60,166 nt of DNA from Eubacteriales bacterium (GCA_028695145.1 JAQVJP010000003.1:1-60166); one strand, 5' to 3'; numbered from the stretch's first letter, positions 9,157 to 19,403 are shown. Made by a program: numbers and translations. The notes: a model not told the origin generated them from the letters alone.

Positions 9157-10486
9157 AGTTGTAAGTATCCGGTTTCATGGTGCAGGCAAGGCCTACCATT
9201 TTGATCCGGTTGATTTTGAACTGCATCAGGGAGATGCGGTAATAGTTGAAACTGTTCAGGGTGTGGAACTCGGAATTGTTGCCGACGAAATAATAGAGAT
9301 TCCACAAGATAAACTTGCTGCACCGCTTAAACCGGTGCTCAGACCTGCCGATGATCAGGATCTTGCCCATTATGAAGAAAATCGCCAAAAGGAATCGGAA
9401 GCGTATAAAATTGCCACAGAGAAGATTGAAGCTCGTGGATTGGATATGCATCTTGTTGACGTTGAATACACCTTCGACAATCGCAAAGTGGTCTTCTACT
9501 TCACTGCTGACGGTCGTGTCGATTTTCGCGAATTGGTAAAAGATCTCGCAGCGATTTTCCGCATCAGAATAGAGCTAAGGCAGATAGGTGTAAGAGATGA
9601 AGCACGCAAAATTGGCGGTGTCGGTATTTGCGGCCGCGAACTTTGTTGCTGTTCTTTTTTGAATGATTTTGTACCTGTCTCAATAAAAATGGCCAAAGAG
9701 CAGAGTTTGTCGATGAACCCGGCAAAAATTTCCGGTATATGCGGTCGCTTGATGTGCTGCTTGAAGTATGAGCAGGATGCCTATGAAGATGCGCATTCCA
9801 GACTGCCAAGAAACGGCGCTCTGGTCAATACACCGGAAGGTCCTGGTATTGTAATATCTGTAAATCTGCTGAAAGAAACAGTAACCACCAGGCTTGATCG
9901 CGGCGGCGAGAATGATGTAGTTGTGTATCCTTATGACCAACTTGAAGTAACGGGCGGACGTGGCAATAACCGCAAATGTCCACCCGGCGGCTGCCCGGGT
10001 CATTCGCGTCCTGACAAGACAAGACAGCCTGCGCCAAAATTGTCAAATGCAGAGAAGGATGAAGCCTGGCCTATGCTTGACTCGGATGGTCGGACGCTCA
10101 GCGCTGATGAGATAGATAATGATAACCTGTATCGTATGGAAGAACCAGACAGCTGTGCGATCGCGTCCGCGGAACCAGCTGATCAGCAGGATGATAAGCC
10201 TGTTGACTTTGAGAAAAAGCCAGCCAAACGGCGTGATAATAATAACAATCGACGCAGACGCAAACCGACAAATAACTCAGATCAACAGCGTAGCGGCCAG
10301 AATGCAAATAGAAAAAAAGACTCAGCAAGTTCTGATCGGCAGAATAAACCAGAAAACGGTTCCACGCCTTCCAATCAAACGAAAGGGCGTAGACGCCCTA
10401 ACAGAAGACCGGGCGGCAGACCTAATCGTGATAACAGAAGCCGTGAAGGCGGGCAGAACAGACCGGTTGAGAGACCACAACAGTGA
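9149..10486 (+). CDS. ricT: RicT/YaaT (PSP1 domain) regulatory protein with roughly 170-aa basic low-complexity C-terminal extension
   Basis: PSP1 core (…IRIELRQIGVRDEARKIGGVGICGRELCCCSFL…); C-terminal tail rich in N/R/K/Q/P (…NNNNRRRRKPTNNSDQQRSGQNANRKK…RRRPNRRPGGRPNRDNRSREGGQNRP…). Confidence 0.8.
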   Translation: MPKVVSIRFHGAGKAYHFDPVDFELHQGDAVIVETVQGVELGIVADEIIEIPQDKLAAPLKPVLRPADDQDLAHYEENRQKESEAYKIATEKIEARGLDMHLVDVEYTFDNRKVVFYFTADGRVDFRELVKDLAAIFRIRIELRQIGVRDEARKIGGVGICGRELCCCSFLNDFVPVSIKMAKEQSLSMNPAKISGICGRLMCCLKYEQDAYEDAHSRLPRNGALVNTPEGPGIVISVNLLKETVTTRLDRGGENDVVVYPYDQLEVTGGRGNNRKCPPGGCPGHSRPDKTRQPAPKLSNAEKDEAWPMLDSDGRTLSADEIDNDNLYRMEEPDSCAIASAEPADQQDDKPVDFEKKPAKRRDNNNNRRRRKPTNNSDQQRSGQNANRKKDSASSDRQNKPENGSTPSNQTKGRRRPNRRPGGRPNRDNRSREGGQNRPVERPQQ

Positions 10487-10502
10487 TGAAATAGCGGTAT
10501 GA

Positions 10503-10769
<267 letters not shown>

Positions 10770-10793
10770 TCAAAGGCATGATCATAATTAAGA

Positions 10794-10820
10794 GGGAAGC
10801 AGTTATGCTTCCCTTTTTTT
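10794..10820 (+). terminator. rho-independent terminator (gggaagc-agttat-gcttccc + T7)
   Basis: Perfect 7-bp stem followed by a run of 7 T. Confidence 0.7.
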
Positions 10821-10904
10821 AACTAAGCAAGAACCGGCAGTGAAGTCGCTCTGTTCACAATATTTCTTAGTCTAAGCCATGATACATTCAAGGTGGTTAT
10901 AAAA

Positions 10905-11843
10905 ATGTATAAACCGGTAGAAGATCAAAACCCCGAAGTTCCAGGAACCGGTATCGTTTCGATTCCTGAAACTAAAACACCATTATATGCAGATGAAACG
11001 ATTGAAGATCTTCAGCGATCGAAATATCGCTTGATCCAGCCGGCTTACGGCTTCAGGTTTGGTGAAGATTCAGTTTTATTGGCAGCGGCGGCGGTACAGC
11101 TTTGTCCATTAGGAAGCCGCAAGCTCAAAGTGGTTGATCTTGGCGCCGGCAGCGGCGCGGTTTCTATGCTTATGTCTGCTCGCAAACCAGAGTTAAATGT
11201 TGATATGATTGAACTCGATGATCATAGATATGACTGTATGAGAAGAAATATTATTATTAATGGTCTTCAATCAGTCTGTCGCCCTTATAATTTAGATTTA
11301 AAAGATTTGGCAGATCGGAGAATAAAACTGACTGCTGAAATGCCAGCTCCTTCTTCATATGATCTGGCAGTTATGAACCCTCCATATCGCGTGCCGGCTG
11401 CCATGAGCATGAAACGTTATGAAGAGGGTACTATTGAAGAGAAAAGCAAGCTGTTGGCAGCTGAAGAAATTGCTGTTAACCTGGATGAATTATTGTCTGC
11501 CGCTGCGTGGCTGCTCAAGCCAGGTGGAAGAATCATAATGGTGCATCGCCCTCATAGACTCGCTGATATTATTGCTTCAATGCGTAAGCATAGGCTGGAA
11601 CCAACAAGTCTTCAGGTGCTTGAGTCTTTTGCCGGGCTGGCACCATCAAGAATAATCATAGCCGGGCGCAGAAATATTAGAAGTGGCGGATTTATATTTC
11701 ATGCACCGCTTGTAGTCTATGATAAACCGGGTGAAATGACCGCTCAAGCGGCGGAATTATACGGACATGAAACACCTTTGACTGAATCTGAACGGTTAAG
11801 CGGTCTTGAAAAAATTACAAAAAACTGGCAGGAGGCAAGATAG
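10905..11843 (+). CDS. class I SAM-dependent methyltransferase, YabB/TrmN6-like (tRNA m6A37 MTase family)
   Basis: SAM-binding motif VVDLGAGSGAVS and NPPY motif (MNPPYRV); AGGTGG RBS before ATG 10905; syntenic with yabB upstream of rsmI. Confidence 0.7.
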   Translation: MYKPVEDQNPEVPGTGIVSIPETKTPLYADETIEDLQRSKYRLIQPAYGFRFGEDSVLLAAAAVQLCPLGSRKLKVVDLGAGSGAVSMLMSARKPELNVDMIELDDHRYDCMRRNIIINGLQSVCRPYNLDLKDLADRRIKLTAEMPAPSSYDLAVMNPPYRVPAAMSMKRYEEGTIEEKSKLLAAEEIAVNLDELLSAAAWLLKPGGRIIMVHRPHRLADIIASMRKHRLEPTSLQVLESFAGLAPSRIIIAGRRNIRSGGFIFHAPLVVYDKPGEMTAQAAELYGHETPLTESERLSGLEKITKNWQEAR

Positions 11844-11847
11844 TTAG

Positions 11848-12753
11848 ATGGATAAGCGAGAAAAATCACACAGCACTCAGAGTTTGCCAGTCGGTCGTCT
11901 TACGCTTGTAGCGACTCCTATCGGTAATTTCGCTGATATTTCATTTCGCGCGCTCGAAACCTTAAGAGAAGCAGATTTGATCGCTGCTGAAGATACACGT
12001 GTGACAACAACACTTCTAAAGCACTATGATATTGAGTGTCGACTGGAGAGTTATCATGAACACAATCGTGCACAAAAGGGTGAGAAGCTGATCGAATATC
12101 TCCGTCAAGGTCTCAATATTGCTTTGGTTACCGATGCCGGTATGCCTTGTATTTCGGATCCGGGCGAAGATCTTGTTAAACTATGCATAGATAATGATAT
12201 AGAAATATCTGTTATTCCTGGAGCAAATGCCGGACTCAGTGCACTATCAGCTTCTGGCCTTGATACGAGAAGCTTCGCCTTCGAAGGCTTTATACCAGTG
12301 CCATCCAGCTCACGCAGTCATATTCTCGAAGTAATTGTTGACGAACCCAGAACTATTATTCTCTATGAAGCGCCTCATCGACTGATACGGACACTAACCG
12401 ATCTAAAAAACAGTGGGCTTGGTGACAGGAAAATAGTCCTGGCCAGAGAGCTGTCCAAGAGATATGAACAGTGGTTGCGTATGACGGTTTCAGAAGCACT
12501 CGATTTATATAACCAGGAACATGAAAAACCTCGAGGCGAATTTGTTCTTGTGCTTGAAGGTAAAACAGAATACACACAACGATGCCCGCCAAACCCCGAT
12601 GACATTCTTGATCAGGCAAGACTTCTCATGAAGAACCTGCTCGATAACGGAATACCGGTAAAAGAAGCTGCCAGACAGGCTGCGCAATCAGGCATAATGA
12701 AGAAAAATGAGTTATACAAAATAGGGTTGGATTTGCAGTCGCGGTTAGATTGA
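11848..12753 (+). CDS. rsmI: 16S rRNA (cytidine1402-2'-O)-methyltransferase
   Basis: Tetrapyrrole-methylase fold N-terminus (LTLVATPIGNFADIS) and RsmI-type C-terminus. Confidence 0.85.
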   Translation: MDKREKSHSTQSLPVGRLTLVATPIGNFADISFRALETLREADLIAAEDTRVTTTLLKHYDIECRLESYHEHNRAQKGEKLIEYLRQGLNIALVTDAGMPCISDPGEDLVKLCIDNDIEISVIPGANAGLSALSASGLDTRSFAFEGFIPVPSSSRSHILEVIVDEPRTIILYEAPHRLIRTLTDLKNSGLGDRKIVLARELSKRYEQWLRMTVSEALDLYNQEHEKPRGEFVLVLEGKTEYTQRCPPNPDDILDQARLLMKNLLDNGIPVKEAARQAAQSGIMKKNELYKIGLDLQSRLD

Positions 12754-12808
12754 GTATAATGAAAAAGATATGGATCAGCAGATGATTCGGCAACAGGAGG
12801 TCTTATTA

Positions 12809-14773
12809 ATGGATAAAAAAACATACTATATTACTACACCTATATACTATCCCAGTGATAAGCTGCATATAGGTCATTCATATACTACTGTGGCAGCCGA
12901 TGCCATGGCCAGGTACAAGAGGTTACGCGGCTATGATGTGATGTTTTTGACAGGTACTGATGAGCATGGTCAGAAAATACAACGAAAAGCTCAGGAAACC
13001 GGAGTGACTTCACAGGCTTATGTTGATCATATTGTGTCAGGGATCAAGGAGCTCTGGAAGCTGCTCGATATTTCGTATGACCGTTTTATCCGAACAACAG
13101 ATCCTGAACACGAAGCAGCCATACAGCATATTTTTCAGAAGCTATATGACAAGGGAGATATTTACAAGAGCGAATATGAAGGTTGGTACTGTACTCCTTG
13201 CGAGTCTTTCTGGACCGAAACACAGCTAAAAGAAGGACACTGTCCTGACTGCGGCCGTCCGGTTGAGAAAACAAGAGAAGAGAGCTATTTCTTCCGCTTG
13301 TCCAAATATCAGCAGAAGCTGATAGATCTGTTTGAAAACAACCCTGAGTTTATTCAGCCGGTTTCACGAGCCAATGAAATGCTCAACAACTTCCTGCGTC
13401 CGGGTCTTGAAGATCTATGTGTATCAAGAACTACTTTTGACTGGGGAGTTAAGGTTCCATTTGATCCCAAGCATGTAGTTTATGTCTGGATCGATGCGCT
13501 TTCAAACTATATAACAGCTATGGGATATCCGGATACTACTGGCGATCTGGCACGCTACTGGCCAGCCGATGTACAGCTGGTTGGCAAGGAAATTGTTCGT
13601 TTCCACACCATAATATGGCCTGCTATGCTTATGGCGCTTGATTTACCGTTGCCAAAACAGGTTTATGGTCACGGCTGGCTTCTGTTCAAAGATGGTAAAA
13701 TGTCAAAATCAAAAGGTAATGTTATTGATCCTGTAATTTTGTGTGAGAAGTATGGAGTTGACTCAATCCGCTATTTTCTGCTGCGCGAGGTTCCGTTTGG
13801 CTCAGATGGTAATTTCTCCAATGAAGCATTGATCAGCAGAATAAACAGTGATCTGGCAAATGATCTTGGCAATCTTGGCAGCAGGACTGTAGCAATGATT
13901 GAGAAGAACTTCCCTGAAGGCTTGCCGGACAAGCGCAAAACCGAACCTGTAGATGAAGAGCTGATTTCTATGATCAGTAATTTGCCTGGACTTGTAGAAG
14001 CAGCCATGGAGAAATTGCAATTTAGTCAGGCACTGGGAGAAATCTGGCGGGTAATAGGCCGCAGCAACAAGTATATTGATGAGACACAGCCATGGATTCT
14101 GGCACGCAATGAAGCAGACAGAGACCGGTTGTCAGCTGTACTCTTTAATTTGGCTGATGCTCTTCGCGTTATATCAATCTTAATTGAGCCTTTTATGCCG
14201 GGGACAAGTAAGAAGCTTCAGGAAACTCTTGGACTTGATGACTCTGCTGTACTGACCTGGGAAGCAAGCCATCAGACTGGTCTTTATAATGCCAGGCTTG
14301 TGCGCAAGGGAACGCCGCTGTTCCCCCGTATAGATTTGAAGAAGGAGATCGAGGCGCTGGAGGCTCTCTTGCCTGCTCAGGAAGCGACTGCTGAAACCGC
14401 CGGATCCTCTGATGAAAAACCGGCAGAAGAAGAAAAATTAGAAGGTATTGCTCTGATAGAGTTTGATGATTTCCTCAAGCTTGAGCTCAAGGTTGGTACC
14501 ATAAAAGAATGTGCCAAGGTTGAAAAAGCTGATAAGTTGTTGTGTTCTCAGATAGATATGGGCAATGAAATACGTCAAGTAGTGTCAGGCATTGCCACAT
14601 CATATCAGCCGGAAGAATTGATCGGCAAACAGGTTATAGTGGTTGCCAATTTGAAACCGCGAAAAATCAGAGGGTTGGAATCTCATGGAATGATTCTGTG
14701 TGCCACGGACAACGGCAAGTACAGAATCCTGACTGTTGATCAAGAGGTCCCAGCTGGTTCAGAGGTGGGCTGA
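12809..14773 (+). CDS. metG: methionine--tRNA ligase with C-terminal EMAP/tRNA-binding domain
   Basis: HIGH-type motif (PIYYPSDKLHIGHSY), KMSKS (KMSKSKGN), CxxC zinc knuckles, C-terminal OB-fold tRNA-binding domain; AGGAGG before ATG 12809. Confidence 0.9.
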   Translation: MDKKTYYITTPIYYPSDKLHIGHSYTTVAADAMARYKRLRGYDVMFLTGTDEHGQKIQRKAQETGVTSQAYVDHIVSGIKELWKLLDISYDRFIRTTDPEHEAAIQHIFQKLYDKGDIYKSEYEGWYCTPCESFWTETQLKEGHCPDCGRPVEKTREESYFFRLSKYQQKLIDLFENNPEFIQPVSRANEMLNNFLRPGLEDLCVSRTTFDWGVKVPFDPKHVVYVWIDALSNYITAMGYPDTTGDLARYWPADVQLVGKEIVRFHTIIWPAMLMALDLPLPKQVYGHGWLLFKDGKMSKSKGNVIDPVILCEKYGVDSIRYFLLREVPFGSDGNFSNEALISRINSDLANDLGNLGSRTVAMIEKNFPEGLPDKRKTEPVDEELISMISNLPGLVEAAMEKLQFSQALGEIWRVIGRSNKYIDETQPWILARNEADRDRLSAVLFNLADALRVISILIEPFMPGTSKKLQETLGLDDSAVLTWEASHQTGLYNARLVRKGTPLFPRIDLKKEIEALEALLPAQEATAETAGSSDEKPAEEEKLEGIALIEFDDFLKLELKVGTIKECAKVEKADKLLCSQIDMGNEIRQVVSGIATSYQPEELIGKQVIVVANLKPRKIRGLESHGMILCATDNGKYRILTVDQEVPAGSEVG

Positions 14774-15570
14774 TGCGTTGGTTTGATTCACATGCGCATT
14801 TACAGGACGAGAAGTTTGCGGATGATCTGCCAAATGTTATAGAAAGAGCCAAGGCTGCCGGTGTTAAGCGCGTGCTTCTTCCCGGTGCGGATTATCAATC
14901 TGTTGTCAGGGCAGAGAAGTTGGCGGCAGAAGAGTCGGATTATTTCTGCTACAGCTCAGGCATCCATCCTCATGATGCGGATACGGTAGATGACAATATG
15001 CTGAACTATATCAAGACTCTTGCCGAGGGCACCGGTTTTCATAAGCCGGTTGCTATCGGCGAGGTTGGTCTTGATTACCATTATGATTTTTCTCCAAGGA
15101 ATATTCAGCGAGCTGTTTTTGAACAGTTTATCGAGATAGCCTGGTATTACAAACTGCCTCTGATTATTCATTGTCGTGAAGCAACGGAAGATTGTTTAAG
15201 TATACTCAGAAGTAAAGCCGCGCAGGGACGGCTGCTTACTGTCCCTGGTGTTTTTCACTGTTTTTCAGGTAGTGCGCAAACGGCAGATACACTTATTGAT
15301 ATGGGTTTCTATCTTGGATTTGATGGACCAATTACTTTTAAAAACTCACGTAAGGCGGCTGAGGTTATCAAGATAGCGCCTCTTGAACGTCTGCTTATTG
15401 AAACAGACAGTCCTTATCTGGCGCCTGAACCATTAAGAGGAAAACGCAATGAACCGTCATACCTGCCGTATATTGGACGTAAGCTTGCCGATTTAAAAGG
15501 AATCAGTACGGAGGAAGCCGCTGACATAACCTGGCAGAACACCTGCCGATTGTTTCAAATACCGGTCTGA
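14773..15570 (+). CDS. tatD: TatD family hydrolase (YabD-like DNase)
   Basis: Metal-binding motifs (DSHAHL, …GEVGLDYHY…, …ETDSPYL…); ATGA overlap with metG. Confidence 0.85.
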   Translation: MRWFDSHAHLQDEKFADDLPNVIERAKAAGVKRVLLPGADYQSVVRAEKLAAEESDYFCYSSGIHPHDADTVDDNMLNYIKTLAEGTGFHKPVAIGEVGLDYHYDFSPRNIQRAVFEQFIEIAWYYKLPLIIHCREATEDCLSILRSKAAQGRLLTVPGVFHCFSGSAQTADTLIDMGFYLGFDGPITFKNSRKAAEVIKIAPLERLLIETDSPYLAPEPLRGKRNEPSYLPYIGRKLADLKGISTEEAADITWQNTCRLFQIPV

Positions 15571-15602
15571 AAAAATAATTTGAAACTTAGTGAAAAAGGA
15601 TG

Positions 15603-15631
15603 TTGACAAGGCAGGCAGTTTCTATTATACT
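15603..15631 (+). promoter_or_regulatory. sigma-A-type promoter TTGACA-17-TATACT driving the tRNA operon
   Basis: Consensus -35 at 15603-15608 and -10 at 15626-15631, exact 17-nt spacer, about 45 nt upstream of the first tRNA. Confidence 0.55.
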
Positions 15632-15676
15632 TTCACTTGCACTCAGGAAACGCGGTGCGCACATACACCCAGAATC

Positions 15677-15752
15677 GGGAGCATAGCTCAGCTGGGAGAG
15701 CATCTGCCTTACAAGCAGAGGGTCACAGGTTCGAGCCCTGTTGTTCCCACCA
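15677..15752 (+). tRNA. tRNA-Val (anticodon TAC) with encoded CCA
   Basis: Cloverleaf folded by hand: 7-bp acceptor stem, GTTCGAG T-loop, anticodon loop CTTACAA. Confidence 0.9.
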
Positions 15753-15756
15753 TAAT

Positions 15757-15833
15757 GGCGCAGTAGTTCAGTTGGTTAGAATGCCAGCCTGTCACGCTGG
15801 AGGTCGAGGGTTCGAGCCCCTTCTGCGTCGCCA
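15757..15833 (+). tRNA. tRNA-Asp (anticodon GTC) with encoded CCA
   Basis: Cloverleaf; anticodon loop CTGTCAC; GGTTCGAG T-arm. Confidence 0.9.
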
Positions 15834-15865
15834 CATTACCGGTCCGCAAGGACCGGTAATCATAT

Positions 15866-15941
15866 GCCCAGATAGCTCAGTCGGTAGAGCAGTGGACTGA
15901 AAATCCACGTGTCGCTGGTTCGATTCCGGCTCTGGGCACCA
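15866..15941 (+). tRNA. tRNA-Phe (anticodon GAA) with encoded CCA
   Basis: Cloverleaf; anticodon loop CTGAAAA; GGTTCGATTCC T-arm. Confidence 0.9.
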
Positions 15942-15944
15942 CAG

Positions 15945-15991
15945 AAACAACGATTCATCTGATTTCTCAGAATAATCGTTGTTTTTGTTTT
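15945..15991 (+). terminator. rho-independent terminator after tRNA operon (aaacaacgatt…aatcgttgttt + TTTGTTTT)
   Basis: 11-bp perfect inverted repeat followed by a T-rich tract. Confidence 0.6.
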
Positions 15992-16059
15992 ATATCGAAA
16001 AATAAATTTGTTATGATTGTACTGAAGTTATCGAAGTGTAATTATTACGGAGGTTTCCG

Positions 16060-18837
16060 ATGAATACAGATGGTAAGTCTGATCACAATGATTATGGTGA
16101 ACACAGCAAACGCAGATGGTGGGCTGTTTCTGTTGAAGAAACCGGTTCATTATTAGAAACGAATATTGAAAGCGGACTAAATTCAAAAGAAGTTAGCAGA
16201 AGACTTGAACGCTATGGTGCTAACGAGCTTGCTGAGAAGAAGCAGATCTCAATGGCACAGAAAATAATCGCTCAATTCAAAGATGTAATGGTGCTGATTC
16301 TCATAGCTGCCAGTGTTTTGTCTGCTTTTCTTGGTGATTATATTGAAGCGGCCGTAATTCTTGCAATAGTTGTGATTAACGCTGTGCTTGGATTGGTTCA
16401 GGAAGGTCGAGCTGAAAAGGCGCTCGAGGCACTGAAAAAGATGTCTTCGCCACAGGCAAAAGTTAAACGTGACGGTGCTATTAATCAGGTGGATTCATCC
16501 CAAATTGTATTGGGTGATATCGTTGTTATAGAGGCAGGTGATCTCGTTCCTGCGGATATCCGTTTAGTTGAGAGCCAGTCACTAAAAGCCGAAGAAGCAT
16601 CTCTAACAGGAGAGTCACTTGCTGTAGAGAAACAAGCTGCGGAATTATTGCAGGAAGATGCCGGAATTGGCGATCGCAGTAATATGCTATTTATGGGCAC
16701 TGCTATAACATACGGACGAGGTGTGGGCATAGTATGTGCAACCGGCTCAGCTACAGAAATCGGCAAAATATCTGATAAACTTCAAGAAATAGAAGATGAC
16801 CCGACGCCTCTGCAGATTAGTCTGAATCAACTGGGTAAATGGCTTGGTATAATATGTGTTGTTGTTTGTGTTGTTATTCTTGCTCAGGGGATTCTTCTTG
16901 GCGGTGACGCCGCGGAGATGATTATGACTGCCATCAGTCTGGCTGTAGCGGCTATTCCAGAAGGCCTGCCGGCTGTGGTAACCATAGTGCTTGCTCTCGG
17001 AATGAAGCGTATGGCTGAGAGAAACGCCATTGTTAAGAGACTTCTTGCCGTTGAAACACTGGGATGTGTCGACATCATCTGTACTGACAAAACAGGTACG
17101 CTTACACAAAATGAGATGACAGTAACTGAATTATATATTTATGGAAATACATATGAGGTGAGCGGTTCGGGCTACAGTTCAGAAGGCGAAATCGTAGAAT
17201 CTGATACTGATGGAATCAATGAAACAGGTGCTTCAAATAACGATCAGGAGATATCTGAGGTTGAAGATAGCGATCTCAGTACTATGCTCAAGATCGCCTT
17301 GCTATGTAATGAAGCTGTTATAACAGAAGATGAATCAGGTGATAACAAAGTTATCGGTGATCCGACCGAAGGGGCGCTTCTTGTCGTTGCGGCCAAGTCT
17401 GGTCTTGACAGAAAAAAGGTGCAGGAAAAATATCCCAGGGTGGCAGATTGGCCATTTGATTCTGAGCGTAAAATGATGACCAGCTTTAATGAAGGTTTTA
17501 TGGATGGGAAAATTCATGCACTGACAAAAGGCGCACCAGACATAATTATCGACAAATGCAGCCGGATATTAATTGATGGCTCAGTACAGGAGCTGGACGC
17601 GGAGGCCAAAGAGGAAATAATGAGAGCTAATGCTGATATGGCAGGACGTGCCTTGCGAGTTCTTGCTTTCGCTTATGCTTTTTTTGATCGTGACCAGGAG
17701 CTGCAGGGAGAAAATGACATGATCTTCGTTGGCTTAAGCGGCATGATCGATCCAGGTCGTCCGGAAGCTCGTGATGCTGTCTCACTTTGTCGACAGGCTG
17801 GCATTAAACCGGTTATGATTACAGGGGATTATCCGGATACCGCTGCCGCGATCGCAGCTGACTTGGGTCTTGTGCATTCTGGAGATGGCGTCATGACAGG
17901 TGCTGAAGTTGAGAAGATGACCGAGCGCGAGCTGAAGCTCGCGGTAGAACAAACCTCGGTTTATGCTCGTGTCTCGCCTGAACACAAAGTGAAAATTGTC
18001 ACCGCTCTACGCAACAACGGACACATCGCTTCAATGACAGGGGATGGTGTTAATGATGCCATGGCGCTCAAGAGTGCTGATATTGGCGTTGCCATGGGAA
18101 TAACAGGAACAGAGGTAGCCAAGAGTACTGCCGATATGATATTAACAGATGATAATTTCGCTACGATTGTCGATGCTGTGCGCGAGGGAAGAATCATTTA
18201 CAGCAATATTAGGAAGTTTGTCGGTTTTCTCTTGTCGTGTAATGTTGGAGAGATTTTAATTATCGCCTTAACATCGCTAATACTTGGACCCAAAAACATT
18301 CCTTTGCTTCCGATACAGCTATTATGGCTTAATCTCATAACGGATAGTTTCCCTGCGCTTGCTCTTGGACAGGAGAAGGGTGAGCCTGATATCATGAAGC
18401 AAAACCCACGTAGCCCCAAAGAACCGATTCTTAACCGTGATATGATTTTTGTAATCGCTACGCAGAGCATCGCGATCTTCATCAGTGTGTTTGTTTCTTT
18501 TATCATAGGCAAAAACAATGCAGATACTGCCGAGAATGTACTTACTATGGGCAGAACGTATGCTTTTACCACTTTGATTCTGGCAGAGCTTTTCCGCTCC
18601 TTTAGTGCCAGATCAGAGAAGATAAGTGTTTTCCGTTTAGGTCTCCTGACCAACAAGACGCTGGTAAAAGCTTTTGTGTTTTCGGTTTTCATGCTGATCG
18701 CGGTTGTCTATGTGCCTATTCTTCAACCCTTGTTCTCAACATTGGCTCTCGGGATAATGGACTGGCTGATCATTCTGCCGCTGTCTTTGATACCTTTTGC
18801 CACAGCGGAGTTGTTTAAATTACTACGTAAAAGCTGA
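16060..18837 (+). CDS. cation-transporting P-type ATPase, Ca2+-ATPase (P2A/P2B) type
   Basis: 925 aa; DKTGTLT phosphorylation motif, TGDGVNDAMALK hinge motif, about 10 TM segments, acidic N-terminal cation-binding region; GGAGG RBS. Confidence 0.9.
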   Translation: MNTDGKSDHNDYGEHSKRRWWAVSVEETGSLLETNIESGLNSKEVSRRLERYGANELAEKKQISMAQKIIAQFKDVMVLILIAASVLSAFLGDYIEAAVILAIVVINAVLGLVQEGRAEKALEALKKMSSPQAKVKRDGAINQVDSSQIVLGDIVVIEAGDLVPADIRLVESQSLKAEEASLTGESLAVEKQAAELLQEDAGIGDRSNMLFMGTAITYGRGVGIVCATGSATEIGKISDKLQEIEDDPTPLQISLNQLGKWLGIICVVVCVVILAQGILLGGDAAEMIMTAISLAVAAIPEGLPAVVTIVLALGMKRMAERNAIVKRLLAVETLGCVDIICTDKTGTLTQNEMTVTELYIYGNTYEVSGSGYSSEGEIVESDTDGINETGASNNDQEISEVEDSDLSTMLKIALLCNEAVITEDESGDNKVIGDPTEGALLVVAAKSGLDRKKVQEKYPRVADWPFDSERKMMTSFNEGFMDGKIHALTKGAPDIIIDKCSRILIDGSVQELDAEAKEEIMRANADMAGRALRVLAFAYAFFDRDQELQGENDMIFVGLSGMIDPGRPEARDAVSLCRQAGIKPVMITGDYPDTAAAIAADLGLVHSGDGVMTGAEVEKMTERELKLAVEQTSVYARVSPEHKVKIVTALRNNGHIASMTGDGVNDAMALKSADIGVAMGITGTEVAKSTADMILTDDNFATIVDAVREGRIIYSNIRKFVGFLLSCNVGEILIIALTSLILGPKNIPLLPIQLLWLNLITDSFPALALGQEKGEPDIMKQNPRSPKEPILNRDMIFVIATQSIAIFISVFVSFIIGKNNADTAENVLTMGRTYAFTTLILAELFRSFSARSEKISVFRLGLLTNKTLVKAFVFSVFMLIAVVYVPILQPLFSTLALGIMDWLIILPLSLIPFATAELFKLLRKS

Positions 18838-18902
18838 GATTGATTTTATTTAGCAGCTATGTTAGTATTATTTGCACGTGTTTGCAACGGAGGTATTTAT
18901 TC

Positions 18903-19151
18903 ATGGAAGTAGCAACAATCATTGTAGCCATCATTGATATTATTCTTTGTCTTGGACTTATATTCCTGGTTATTTTTCAGGAAGGCAATTCCAAAGGCTT
19001 AGGTGCCATCGGCGGTGGAGCCGATACATTTTTCGGCAAGACAAAAGCTCGTACACTTGATTCGATGCTTAAGAAGCTTACGTCAGTTGTGGCGATTGCT
19101 TTTGCTGCGTTTACAGTAGCGCTGTATCTGATGACCGGTCGCGGTGCTTGA
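18903..19151 (+). CDS. secG: preprotein translocase subunit SecG
   Basis: About 82 aa, two TM helices with a Gly-rich loop (QEGNSKGLGAIGGGADTFFG); secG-rnr synteny; start at the internal ATG 18903. Confidence 0.8.
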   Translation: MEVATIIVAIIDIILCLGLIFLVIFQEGNSKGLGAIGGGADTFFGKTKARTLDSMLKKLTSVVAIAFAAFTVALYLMTGRGA

Positions 19152-19200
19152 TTTATTGTTTAGTCAGATAGTATAAGTTATTTCCATTAAATAAGATTTT

Positions 19201-19227
19201 CGGCGCATGCTATCGCGCCGATTATTC
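19201..19227 (+). terminator. possible intrinsic terminator after secG (tcggcgc-atgctat-gcgccga + TTATTCT)
   Basis: 7-bp GC-rich stem; weak U-tract. Confidence 0.4.
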
Positions 19228-19403
19228 TAATATACGTTAGGTTATACCCGGTTATACGATTTGACAGTATTGACTGTCTTATCTGTCACCGGGTATTTAA
19301 TTTTTAGTGTGTGAAATGCTAAACCGGCAATTACCTTAAATAAGGCTGCTGGCGCTTGCAACATAGATAGTGTTATCATAAAACCAGACAGGAGGGAAAA
19401 AAT

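Noticed and set aside
12754-12808. Possible T-box leader upstream of metG
   Set aside because: The spacer is 55 nt with an AGGAGG RBS; there is no room for a specifier/antiterminator structure.
15637-15900. 87-aa ORF in the ORF track
   Set aside because: It lies entirely across the three tRNA genes (Val, Asp, Phe); its coding potential is an artefact of the structured tRNA sequence.
15942-16059. Possible yybP-ykoY (Mn) or other riboswitch before the P-type ATPase
   Set aside because: The region is occupied by the tRNA-operon terminator and an A/T-rich promoter-like stretch; no conserved riboswitch core recognized.
18198-18692. 164-aa antisense ORF, plus several 60-120 aa antisense ORFs inside the P-type ATPase gene
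   Set aside because: They are fully embedded antisense to a well-supported 925-aa gene with conserved motifs and have no RBS; typical shadow ORFs.
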